DNA of 64,000 nucleotides, from NCBI RefSeq assembly GCF_009914755.1, contig NC_060938.1, one strand, 5' to 3'. A program made the position numbers and the translations under genes. The DNA is from the human T2T-CHM13v2.0 reference genome, Homo sapiens. Shown here one piece after another: positions 26,897 to 39,519 of this stretch (the first letter of the stretch is position 1; the number at the start of each line of letters is the position of its first letter). Under the pieces are notes generated by a model. The model saw nothing but the letters and a program-made list of their open reading frames with translations. It searched no databases and was not told the DNA's origin.

Positions 26897-28781
26897 GAAA
26901 TATATGACATATATATTTAATATATTTAATGTATTTAAAGATGTATATAGGATATATATATAGATATAGATACAGATATTTAAAAATAGAGAGAGATGCA
27001 GCTTTATACCAATATTTATTTCTGTGTGTCCCCGTGTATACTAAAACCACATGTTCACAATCACATCTTTAATTTCAGTCCAATGCAACAAAATCAGCTA
27101 AGGTGGCATTTTGTCCCCCCGCCCCCTGCCCCCCACATGCTAGACCACTCTCCTGTGGGGACACTTTTCTCATCCAGCTGGCAACAAAATACCCTCAGAA
27201 CACCCTTCTGTGAATTCATGCTCCTTAGCCCACTCTGTCTAACACCTCAGGTCAGGCCACTGCTACTACTACATTTCACATGCACAGACACCCTGCTCAC
27301 CCTTCTTGGATTCTGACTACCAATATTGGGTTGTCTATCCATGGGGCTAACCTCATCACCACAGTTGGATCCAACACTGGGTGCTGGGCGGCCACCATGC
27401 CCAAATGAAGGCCATTCTCACCCTCACTGGGCTTTAATATACAACTTTAGGCCCCACAGTGCCACTGCATTCCACCCAGTCTTCCTTGCCCAGGCAGACC
27501 TCATGACTGTTGGATAGGAATTATTCAAAAGGTGAAGATAAAGGAAAGAAAGAGAAGATAAAGAGGAATAAGAAGAAATAGAAAGTCTAAATGATTACTT
27601 TAAGCCATTTTAATTGCTTCTTTTACAATTAACATCTTATTGAAATCAAGAAAATACATTTGGTTCACACTTTTTTAAATGTATGATTTCCATCAATAAG
27701 TAAATCAATAATATAGTCACAACATCCAGGTTTACTTAGAAATTTGGAGAAAAGTAATCAAGCAGTTGAAAAAGTAAATTAATTTCAGTGAGCTTAAGTT
27801 TCAAAATTCCTTCACTGTTCTTTCTAGAATATTGGAATTTATGGTTAAGATGCTGCACTTAAAGGAATCATGATATCACTACCTAAATAGACTCACCTAG
27901 TTCTGTGGCCTTGTAGAGTTAGCTCTCCTCTCTGTGATTTACCTTTATTATTTGTAGAGGGAAGGTGTTAGGCTCGGTGATCTCAAAGACCTTTTCCATC
28001 ACTAATATTCTTTGATTTGAGGATCAAATAAAAAGCAATTTATTTTCCTCTACTAGACTTTTTTTTTTTTTTTCAAATAGGTATATAGTCCAGTAACAAT
28101 GCATTCCTTGTCTTACTAACTAAAAGCTCCATTAAAGAAAGCATTGTAACCCAGAGCGCAGGCCACCTCACATTTTCATGAGAAAGCTTTTAAGCACTAA
28201 ATTTCCACACTTATTATTTACTTTAACTTCCCATCTTTCATGGAACCAGACATGCCCTCTGTATTCAAACTTTTCCATCACCTATAAGAACACTTTTATG
28301 TGGTTAGATTTAATGTTTTAATGTAAGGAAATAAGGAAAGATTTTTTTTTTTTTAAGTCTCGGGATTGCTTTAAATTTTGAGTTTCATTTTTAATCACAC
28401 ATCAAATTCAGCAAAATTGCAAATGTAGTCACATTATTTGTAGTGAAGAGATCCTCAATTATTTTTATGTATAACCTCAAAGATGCATAATTCTTTATCA
28501 ACATAATGGGTATCAGAAGGAAAGGTAAATCAAACTTTTTAAGAGGAAAGATATTTGTGATACAGATTTTGGTAGTAAGAAATATAGTTCTTTTGCACAT
28601 ATTTATTGCTTACTAATTAGTTTGGGATTTTCAAACTGATAAGCTGTTGTCTGTGTATGTGGAAAAACACGAAGAGACATAAAGGAAAGAACAGAGAATT
28701 TACCACTCAGAACTGAACAAGCTCATTTATGGAGTCAAGTGCGGGAATGATCCAATGGGGAAGTAATGCGATGGCCGCCCA

Positions 28782-28795
28782 CCATCAGAGGGAGC
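28782..28795 (+). promoter_or_regulatory. Candidate CTCF site
   Basis: CCATCAGAGGGAGC versus the core CCACCAGAGGGCGC (2 substitutions), in locally CpG-retaining unique DNA. Motif evidence only. Confidence 0.35.
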
Positions 28796-29462
28796 TTAGA
28801 AACTGATGTTAGATGTCAGCATATACTCAGATAAAGAGCTTCAGGCATCAGACCAGGCATCACATTCACTTTGAACCATAAGCTGTTTTGTTTTGTTATT
28901 AAAACGTTGGTTTTCAGACTATTCACTAGATTTAAATTTGAATAAATATTTCAGGGACAAAAGTATTTCTGGGACAAAATGACTTCAACGCCTTCCCCAT
29001 GTGAGTGCTGGAGGATTTGATATGACGTTAGCATTCAGAAGCTTCGCAGGCAGTTCTGTTGGGTGTCCTACAATGTAGCTTGGAATTTGGGAAATATGTG
29101 AAACTAAGCAAAATGTAATGGGGTCAGGTTTTCAAAAAAATATCTGTATGTATTAGAATGAAGTGATGCTTTATAGTATAAGAGGAAAAATGTATTTTCT
29201 TCTTTTTTCTTGCTTCAACTCCTCTACTGCCAATGTGAATGCAAACTGATAGATTTAATGGAACAAAAGGCAGCGGGAACATGATCTCTGGAGACTCCCA
29301 AGGCCAGACTAGATAATTAACTACCATAAATGCTTTAAGAACATTGAAGTATATTTTATCAAATGATGGCTTTGATGACCCAGAACATCCTTTGTGACCT
29401 CTAATTGGATACATTTGATTTCTGTGTATGTGCCTGTGTGTGTGTTTCAAAACTAATGAAAC

Positions 29463-30416
29463 TCAACTATTTTTATGAAAGATTTATAAATTTTTACCTT
29501 TAAAATGAATGTAATACTGTCAACCCAGTAGCTGGCAAACATAAATTTGCTAGGCTGAAACATCTTTGAGTATTTATCCACTTCAGAAAAAAATGTGGGG
29601 CTTTTAAGAGATAACAAACCCTAGTTCTCCATCATTGTGTCAAAATCTCAATATACACCTGGAATATTGTCTCTCTCTCCAACTTCTGCAAAGAAGTGAC
29701 TGCAACATATAACACTCCTCAGCTCTCTCTATATATATACACATATATATGTGTGTGTATATATATAAAATATATATTTATATATATAATGTGTATATAT
29801 GTGTATATACATATATAAATATATGTGTATATATATGCACATATATATCTGTATATGTACACATATACATATATACACACACATATATCTGTATATATAC
29901 ACATATATACATATATATCTGTGTGTGTGTATAAAAACTTCAACTATTTTTATGAAAGATTTATAAATTTTTACCTTTAAAATGAATAAAATACTGTCAA
30001 CCCAGTAGCTGGCAAACATAAATTTGCTAGGCTGAAACATCTTTGAGTATTTATCCACTTCAGAAAAAAATGTGGGGCTTTTAAGAGATAACAAACCCTA
30101 GTTCTCCATCATTGTGTCAAAATCTCAATTTACACCTGGAATATTGTCTCTCTCTCTCTCTCTCCAACTTCTGCAAAGAAGTGACTGCAACATATAACAC
30201 TCCTCAGCTCTCTCTATATATATACACATATATAAATATATATGTGTATATATATAAGATATATATATGTGTATATACATATATAAATATATGTGTATAT
30301 ATATGCACATATATATCTGTATATATACACATATACATATATACACACACATATATATCTGTATATATACACATATATATACATATATACATATGTGTGT
30401 GTATATATATACACAT
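29463..30416 (+). repeat. 477-bp head-to-tail tandem duplication (about 270 bp unique sequence plus a TA/CA/TG microsatellite)
   Basis: tcaactatttttatgaaagattt... starts at 29463 and again at 29940. The unique parts differ by 3 substitutions and by (TC)5 versus (TC)9. Confidence 0.97.
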
Positions 30417-30568
30417 ATATGTATATGTATATACATATGTGTATATATATACACATATATGTATATGTATATACATATGTATATATACACATATGTATAT
30501 ATACATATGTGTATATACATATATGTATATATACATATATGTATATACACATATATATGTATATATAT
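30214..30568. repeat. Long alternating purine-pyrimidine (TA/CA/TG)n microsatellite
   Basis: Directly visible; a shorter copy lies at 29730-29932. Confidence 0.95.
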
Positions 30569-31634
30569 GAGAGAGAGAGAGATTCTGATGTTTAAACTCG
30601 AACCTACTTAAGCAGAAGGAAAAACTGCCGCATGTAATTACACCATGGCAAGTCTGAGGCAGCGCTGGTCCTAAATAAATACAATCAGAACCAAAGACAT
30701 GAACACAACCAGGATATCACTCTTTCTCTCATGCTGCTTTTCCCTGGGATTTGGCTTAAATTTCTCCCTCTGCAGATAGGCTTCTTTCATTTTCACAGAT
30801 TTCACTGCAGAAACCCCAAAGTTGAGAGTGGCCACACACATACCCATGGAACTTGATTAGTGGCAGGAGAATTATAATTGTGGAACTGGCATCTCTCTGC
30901 AGCTGTATGTTTGCTGAGTTGAGAAACTTGGAGACCTACCTAGTGCCTGCCGTCCCTAAGCTCAGAAACAGAGTTCTTAGGAGAATCTGACACGTGCTCC
31001 AGGAGTTGGGTATATGAACCGAAGCAGCGGCTTCTCCTTGGCACCAGAATAGGACAGAGGCTGACTGGAGCAACCTGTGGTGGAATGGAGGAAAGGAAGG
31101 ACTGTGGTAATCTATTCCTCAAGTGATATGTGATCTTCCTGTCTGGAAAGGAAATAGGTTGGAGCAAATTTGCTGGTACCTCGACTGAGAGGTACCAGAC
31201 CTGTGGACAGAGGAAAAGTAGAAGATTCTCACACATCAAATAATTGTACTGTGTGGAGGCCTCAACACAACTCACACATGTGCCCCATGAGAAGACTCTT
31301 TAGACAGAAGGTGTTACCAGCCAAGAGAAAACGACCGTAGCATCAACTAAAGAGAAGGCACTTTTCCTAATCCTTCACCACCTGCCCTGAAACTGGAGAG
31401 GCTGAGACAGAAAAGGCTGTGGATCAAACAAATGGTGACCTAAGAGCTAGGAGAAGAGCATTCAATGGAATATTAGCAATAACTTCCACATGGCGCGGGA
31501 GATTTTTGTTAGAATCAACAAAAGTCATGGAGTTAGAGAATCTGCCCAAAATGTTGCACTTTTTTTCTTTCTTCTTTGTACTATTCTATGTTGCTTTATC
31601 TAAAGTAATCAGTTTGCTGATTCATGTTTTATAA

Positions 31635-31995
<361 letters not shown>

Positions 31996-33702
31996 ATGTT
32001 TAAACATTTCTTTGGTAAGTGGCTTCTTTCATAATTTATCCAAGTCACGTGGAATCCGACAATAAGAACCATTTGGGTGTCATCTGAAACCAATAGCCCT
32101 CTCTCCTTAATTCCAGTTACCAATGCAATATTAAAGCTGGGGTTGACCATTGCTATCACCCTGTTTTGCTTCATGCCAGGCTTATCCATTCCTGTTGGGG
32201 AGATGTAACTTTACTTGATTGTTCTGTGTTTGCTTCCAAGGGCCATACACTCCCCTGGCTAAACTTCCTCTCTTTCTGGCAAGCCTTTGTCTTCATGAAG
32301 GAAACTCTTGAATGTGCATCTCTTTAATGCCACTTCTCTCAGAATGACTGGACAAGAGAGCATTACTTTCTCAATTGCCGTTTTGTCCCAACGTATCATT
32401 TCAGGGAACATTTCTATTTTTCTATCTCACACATCTTTGAATATGCATCACACTCATTATAATGGCTCATAGTAGGCTGATTTAAATCAGTGTGCACTTG
32501 ATAGCTGTCTTCCCTTGTGGCGTTCATGCATTGATTGACACTGTCAACATGGAGGAACCCCTAGAATGCAGGAGGGCAGGGATAAAAGAAATTCTGACTG
32601 TTTTGATATAATATCTTGCATGCTTCCAAGAGCAGAGAGGTTATTGATAAAATATTGGGAATATTTCTCAACCCAGTACTATAATTTTAGACCCAAGTCA
32701 TAGAATAATAGAGCTGGGTATGTCCTTAGAAATAAGACCTCAGCCCTCTCGCTTTTTAGCAGAGAAAAAAATGCTTTAAATTAAATAAATAAACAAACCT
32801 TTTGGAAATAACCTGCTGGCAGAGGCAGGACAAGGGCAGAGAAATTTTCACTTTTGTCCAAAACTCTCTTTCTCCCCTCATTAACTATGCTGCCTCTTCA
32901 TTTTCTGGAGTCCCTGTTAATTGCAAATACATCCAGTAGAGGAGAAAATGAGGCCATTTGTCGCTTGCCTTTACCAGACTTATAAAGTAAACATCTAGCT
33001 GCAGTGGTTGAATTTGTAAGGTTGAGAAAAATTCCAAGAGACACAGCTCCATGATGAATGCGCATTCAACAAAGTACAGTGAAAGAATGTTTATTTCAAA
33101 AACACCTGAATTTATTTTCTTAATTGAAGCACTGTCTTGGCAGTGTGTGCTCCAAACAACCAGTGGATCGACGGCACTTATACTGTGCTACTACTCAGAG
33201 GACAGTCACAACCCAGCACAGCGGAGTAAGCTCATGTGTAAATGCTTTCAGAAGTAATATAGAGTGGAGCTGATCATGGCAAATTGTGCAGAGGTAGCAG
33301 TGTCATCTGGTTCTACTAAAACAATGTAATCTTTGCTTCCAACTCTTGTCCTCTGTCACCTCCTCCTTCCACTCTTTTATTTCCTTATATTTACCGCATG
33401 CTTCCCTGCTCCTTTGCCTTCACCCCATTCTTAGTCTCCTCCCCATCGCAGCTATTCCTCATCAAGAACTCCAGTCTTCTCTTCCTCATTCTCTTTGTTT
33501 TCATTTCTCAGTGCCTTACTGCTTGGCTGATCTACAAATCTCTTTAGCTTGTAAACTCCCTGAAGGCAGAGATTAGGACTCCCATGATCCTGGGGTCAGT
33601 ACAGCATCTGGCCACCAATAGGTACTTAATAATTGATTTTTAGCTTGATGAATAATTTATGTGCCATGGAAATTAAGATATTTCTTCTTTAAAGAATAAT
33701 GT

Positions 33703-34004
33703 GGCTGGGCGCGATGGCTGACAGCTGTAATCCCAGCACTTTGGGAGGTCGAAGCAGGTGGATCACAGAGTCAGGAGTTCGAGACCATCCTGGCCAACAT
33801 GGTGAAACTCCGTCTCTACTAAAATTACAAAACTTAGCCAGGCATGGCGGTGCATGCCTGTAGTCCCAGCTACTCAGGAAGCTGAGGCAGGAGAATTGCT
33901 GGAACCTGGGAGGGGAGGTGGGGGCAGCAGAGAGTCAAGATTGCGTCACTGCACTCCAGCCTGGGTAACAGAGAGAGACTCTTGTCTCAAAAAAAAAAAA
34001 AAAA
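33703..34004 (+). mobile_element. AluS (Sg/Sc-like) SINE
   Basis: ggctgggcgcgatggc...tctcaaaaa; the right arm is locally altered (ggaggtgggggcagcagagag). Confidence 0.92.
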
Positions 34005-35976
34005 GAAGAAGAATACAAGGGTGGGGGGGAGATATGCTAATGGCTTCTTTCTAAAGCATTGGTCTCTGTAAAAGGGGGCCTCTAGGTTTCCATACTATGC
34101 CCAGGGTGTTAAGTGTGCAGTGGTTTGATATAAGTTTTCCAGTTGTACTATAAAGGTGGCCTTCCATTGCCCTAATCTAAAGGTAGTTCTGAGCAGTAAA
34201 GAACTCCAAATGATATCATTAGTTGGAGACTCAAGGTGGACCCTATAAGTGATCCATTACTCTAGGCAATAATTAACATTTATTTTTCCTTTCACTTCCG
34301 TAACTGGGAGAATGCAAATTAACTCCTGAATCTTTAGGTTCTAGGGAAAGAATCATAGAGATCATCTACTCCCAGTGATCTTTATCTGACTCCTGGAAAT
34401 CACAGTGGCCTATAAAATTTGCAGCATTTCAAAAATTGTGACAGTGATATAAGCTAAAAAAATGCCTTAGTTTTTGCCTGAAAATGTTAGAACTCCGTAT
34501 GGTAATATTCCTTATAATTTTGTGCTCAGCAGTTTCTGACTAGTAGCTATACAGTTTTAAAAATTAAATAAAAACTGAAATGTATGGAAATTATAACTCA
34601 ATAAATAAACAAATGAATATTTAAAACTTCATAAAAATACATTTCCACTTGTGAAACCTGTAGGATGCAGGAATAATATATGTGGCTGTTGGTAGCAGGA
34701 ACTTTTGGAAAACAGATCTAGTTCAGACTCTATTCATATGAGAACAGTTGTGTCTGGAGTCATTAAATGACAACTCATGGCAGAACAATGAATGAGAGGA
34801 CCAGGACTTCCTCCCTCAGGCCAGTGCTCTTCCTCATTCAAACCTCTACTTCTGTACAATTCAAAGAGCTCAGTGTGAGCCATTTTTCATGCATACTCAA
34901 TTCTGACATTCTCTTTAGTTATAAAACATTCCATAGGCCTTCTCAAGTTATCTCATATAAGTAGGCTGCACTTGCCTGCACATTGAGAGTTTTGAAACAC
35001 ATCTACAAATCCTTAGGAGGTATGTTCTTTGTTGTTTTGTGACCCCGTGATGGCTTATTACTTCAATACCCTGAGGACCCTATGGAGACAAATGGCTCCA
35101 AGCTTCTCAGGCTCTACAGCTTGTGCTAGACCAGATAAAACATGTTTGTGTTACAGGTTAAACCTTAACAAAGTCTCCCTGCAGGATTACATTCCCCTGT
35201 TTCCACTAGAGGGAAAGAGGAGATTTTAGATATAAATGCACAAGAAGAGTTGAAAAGGCTTTTAGTGAACAGGAGCAGAAATGGCATAGCAATATAAGAA
35301 AATCCTGCCAGCACCAGCTTCGGAAAGGTGCGCACAGAATGCTTCAGATTTAGAGAACTATACAAACGTAATATGTGGTTTTCCAATACAAAGTCATTCC
35401 CAAAGTTACTATACGTGGATAAAACCCTAAAGATCACTTAAGACTTCATACTTGGTAGATTTTACTTTTGGTGATAACTAAAAATCATGTCTCAATGGAT
35501 CAGAACAGTTGCGAAAGCAACATCATAGTTTGATTTATTACTATTCAGCTTGCACATTACTTCCGCTCAGAATCTTTTCCGACACTCATTTCTACTTTGA
35601 AAGCCCCATAGTTCATATTGTTATCATAGTTCCAAATAATATTGATTGAATTTATACATTCTGTTGGAGGCACAAAGTTGGGCAGTATGCTGCCACCTGC
35701 TAAGTTAGAAATTATTTTTGGTCATTGGCTGGATTCCAGTGCCTAAAAGCACAGTGCCTGGACAAAGCTAGATGATCAATGAACTCAGATGGCTATATAA
35801 ATTATTAGAATATAAAGGCCATTTTGTGTAATGGGAAAATTGTTGGAATTTAAGTCAATAGTTTTTTTTTTTTAAGGTGGTCCCTGACTTAACCTCCATC
35901 CCAGCAAATACTATTTTATAATGAGATTGTCTTTCTTTGGTAATCAGTCCCTTAGAATCACTGAAGCTAAACTTGA

Positions 35977-36403
35977 TGTTGTGAATAGAACTGTGTCTCC
36001 CCAAAATTCATACGCTGAGATCTGAAACCCACAGCTTAGAATGTGACCTTATTTGGAAATTGGTTTGTTCATGATATAATTAGTTAAGATGAGCTCATTA
36101 AGGTGAGCCCTAATCCAGTATGACTGGTGAAATTTGGAGATGAGCCCATAATACAGGGAAAATGTCATGTGAATCTGAAGACAGAGATCAGGATGATGAG
36201 CCTACAAACAGGAATGCCAAAGACTGCCAGCAGACGACCAGAAGCTAAGGGAGAGGCACGGGACAGGTTTCTTCCTCATGGTTTTTGGAAGGAACCAACT
36301 CTGCTGATGCTTTGATTTCAGAACTGTGAGACAATATATTTCTGTTGTTTGAAGCCACTTGGTTTGTGGTACTTTGTTATGGCAGTCCTAGAAAATGAAT
36401 GCA
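35977..36403 (+). mobile_element. MLT1B/C solo LTR
   Basis: agaatgtgaccttatttggaaat...ccctaatccagtatgactggtg...gtactttgttatggcagtcctagaaaatgaatgca. Confidence 0.85.
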
Positions 36404-36669
36404 CATGCTGATGCAGGTTCCGTGTTTAAAATACAATTACGCAATTGACCTTTCTCCATACATCTTAGAGAACAAATCAGTTAATTTTACCCAGGCAACC
36501 TCAATGTGAAGCCTAGTCATTGCCTTAACATAACGATCCTTATCCTTTAACATAAGCCAGGATTTCACCTACTTGATACATAAAGAATCTGTTGGTTATA
36601 TCTAAGGTTTAACCTACTAAGACAACAACTTTTGGGAGAAGATATTGAGTTTCCATCTACCTAGATCTG

Positions 36670-37962
36670 CTAATGTAAGTGTGGTCCCTCCTTACTGTAC
36701 AAGAAAGAACTCAGTCTTCTGGGAACCCACTAATAGCGGAATCATGCCACCAAACATTTTCTACCACTAATATTCACCAAATCCTGTCTAGAATAACAAT
36801 AACAACAAAATGTTACCTTCAGTTCCTTATTTGGCTAGACATCGTCCCTCTTCTTCCATATTCTATCTACAGAAAGAGGACACAAGGTGGTGTAATAGCT
36901 TTCTTGAGGTTTATCATACTGTAGCATTCCTGGATGGAATCACTCATCCAGCTTCACTTCTGGAATGAGAAACTTATATACAAATTTCAAAATAAATATA
37001 GTGAAATATTGTGGTTCTTCCCATCTTTGACACAAATAATGATATGACCTTGTATAATTCACTTAAATTCTAAGGGTCTTAGTTTTATCAGTCGTAACAT
37101 AAAAATAGAAAGGGTTGGATGGAAAGGCTTCCAAGTCACTTTCAAATCAAACTTTTAAAAATATCTACATAACCAACTCTTTTCAAGTATTTATTCATTC
37201 ATCCATTCCACAAATGATACTGAGAACCTGCTACATGATTAGCATGTTTCTAGGACCCTGCTCTCAGCAAATTTGCATTTCAGTGAAATGACAAACATAC
37301 ATATTAACAACAAATTAGGTTACATGAGATTATTAGATAGATAAATTATAGGAAACAAATAGGATGCAGTGATGGTGATGAGGGAGGATAACTTCTTCAA
37401 TTTGATTGGATGAAGAAAGTCTCTCTGAGTAGACCTGAAGCTGAAATGAAATGACAAGGTGGAACCAGCCGTGGGATGACTGCAGGATGAGGAAGCAGTG
37501 AGTGCCCACGTACTTCGGTGGGAAGAGGAGTTTGAGGAACCTAAAAACAAGCAGTGTTGCTCATAAGCAAGAAAGACACAAGTTAAGATGGGTTAGCAAG
37601 ATAGAAGCTGCAGGTAAGATCCTGCAGTCTTTGCAAAGGAGAATCGTTTCTACTTTTAAAATCAATATCAGGTGCTGAGGGGATTTTGAATTGAAGAGTG
37701 ATATGGTCATATTACTTTAATGCTTGTCATCAATTGCTGCTTCACTAAGGGAAATAAATTATCAGGAAGACAATGTAGATATTCTTACCTTTTTTTTTTT
37801 TCTGGTACTTGAGTTTTTTCTGTCTTGTTTTCTTTCTCTTTCTCTTTCTCTTTTTAATTTTTTCCCCCTTACTTTGATTTCTAATTTATTTCTCATTTTC
37901 TTTTTCTTTTTATTCCCTTCATCAAGTGGTGCCTAATGTAAGTGTGGTCCCTCCTTACTGTA
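36670..37962 (+). repeat. Exact 30-bp dispersed direct repeat (36670-36699 and 37933-37962)
   Basis: CTAATGTAAGTGTGGTCCCTCCTTACTGTA occurs twice, identical, 1263 bp apart, with unrelated flanks. Confidence 0.97.
37190..37760 (-). mobile_element. L2 fragment including the 3' end
   Basis: ttcattcatccattccacaaat..tactgagaacctgcta..., followed by a purine-rich antisense L2 body. Confidence 0.7.
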
Positions 37963-39186
37963 TCATAAACAGGTATTATGGCAGAGATAATTTTCACTGA
38001 AGAGATTAAAGCTGTAGACCCCACTAGGGGTCACTTCTGACCTACTGATGAGTCCTTAATCCTGTAATTTTGCCTTGGGGTTTATAGCCAACCCAGGAGT
38101 CAGTTTTCCTTCTGATCCTATAATTTTCCACCTTCATGAACCCCCAAGGACCCAAGTCAAAGGCATTGTTATCCACATCCTCTCTGGACACAAGCCACTC
38201 CAGGAGCCAGGCAGGCTATCAAAACAGGCATGCCCCAGGTGCTTCTCTTTGTTCAGAGTAGATTGGCGCTCTCGAACTGGGAATTTGGCTCATTGACAAG
38301 AGTGGCATCATTCTGTAAAGTGGAATGTCACCGGAAAAACTGTGATTGCACAAGGAAAGCCTGGGCTGTCTGTCTGCCTCTTACTAGCAGGCTGCCTAAG
38401 GGTCCAGCATCCAGGCTTCCTGAAGCTTCCTTCAATTGTCTTCACACACACAGAGTTCAGTACCCACTTAAAGACACACAAATTTGCCCTCAGCCCCCTG
38501 CTGAAAGTGAATCTTCCTGTGATTGATTTCCAACTTGGTTGCTTCTGAAATGACACTTTAATTAATTGAAGAATGTTAGAGGCATCAAGTCTAAGTGGGT
38601 CCCTTCGGTACTCTTCCTCATGTACATTTATGTGCATATATTAAAAAATGCCCATACCCACTGTCTATATGCGCACATATATTTTGTCATCATGTCTAAA
38701 GTGAAAAGGTGAATCTGACCTTTATAGTCATTTCACTACACAAGTTGTCTGCAAGGTCCTTGGAAAGATCAAGAAAGTAGCAATTTTGCTTATACTAGAT
38801 GAATTATTGAGTTGAACTTGATAATCTGTAAGATTTTTTTTTCTTTCTCTTGTACTTGAACCAAAATTGCTTTTCTAAAATTGAATGCATACCTTGTGGA
38901 AAGCTTTGATCACATTATACTTGTTTTAATTGCCTGGTACAAATGAATATGTGCATCTAATTTAATGTTATCTTCTTTCATTTTACATTGTTTTGTGGTC
39001 TAACAGGCCCTTTCACCATTTGTCTCCCTACAGTTCAGATTTACTGTTTATCTCATCTTATCAATGAGAATTCTGAGTCTCACTATGGTTAGAAACTTTC
39101 CCCAAAGTTACGTGTCTAGCACATGGCAGATCAAGGACTAAGTCTAAGATCTCCTGAATTTAATTCCAATTTAGTGCCTTATGTAA

Positions 39187-39519
39187 CAGAATCTTCAAGC
39201 TGTGTCTGTAAAGGGCCAGGTAGTAAATATTTTTAGGCTCTTCTAGTCGTGTGTTCTCTATCACAACTGCTCAACTTTGCTACTGGAGCATAAAAACAGT
39301 AACAGTCAATATTTACATGAGCAAGCATTGCTGTGTTCTAAGAAAACTCTATTTTTGGACACTGAACTCTTAATGTTTTATAATTTTCATGTATCATGAA
39401 ATACTAATCTTTCATTTTTCAACCACTTAATGGGGAAAAACATTCTTCAATCACTTGCCTTAACAAAATAGGTGGCAACTGGGATTTGGCCTATGGGCTG
39501 TAGTTTGTCAAACTATCTG
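39187..39519 (+). mobile_element. MER58B (hAT-Charlie) DNA element
   Basis: tctgtaaagggccaggtagtaaatattttagg...gatttggcctatgggctgtagtttg. Confidence 0.82.

Noticed and set aside
29719-30611. Many long overlapping ORFs rich in Y/I/C/V/H/T
   Set aside because: They are translations of the (TA/CA/TG)n microsatellite, which lacks stop codons by composition.
36670-37962. The 30-bp repeat as a CRISPR-like array
   Set aside because: Only two copies were found, separated by 1.2 kb, in a eukaryotic context with no cas genes.
38040-38110. CTGATGAGTCC resembling a hammerhead ribozyme core
   Set aside because: No complementary GGAC-GAAA follows, so stems II and III cannot form.
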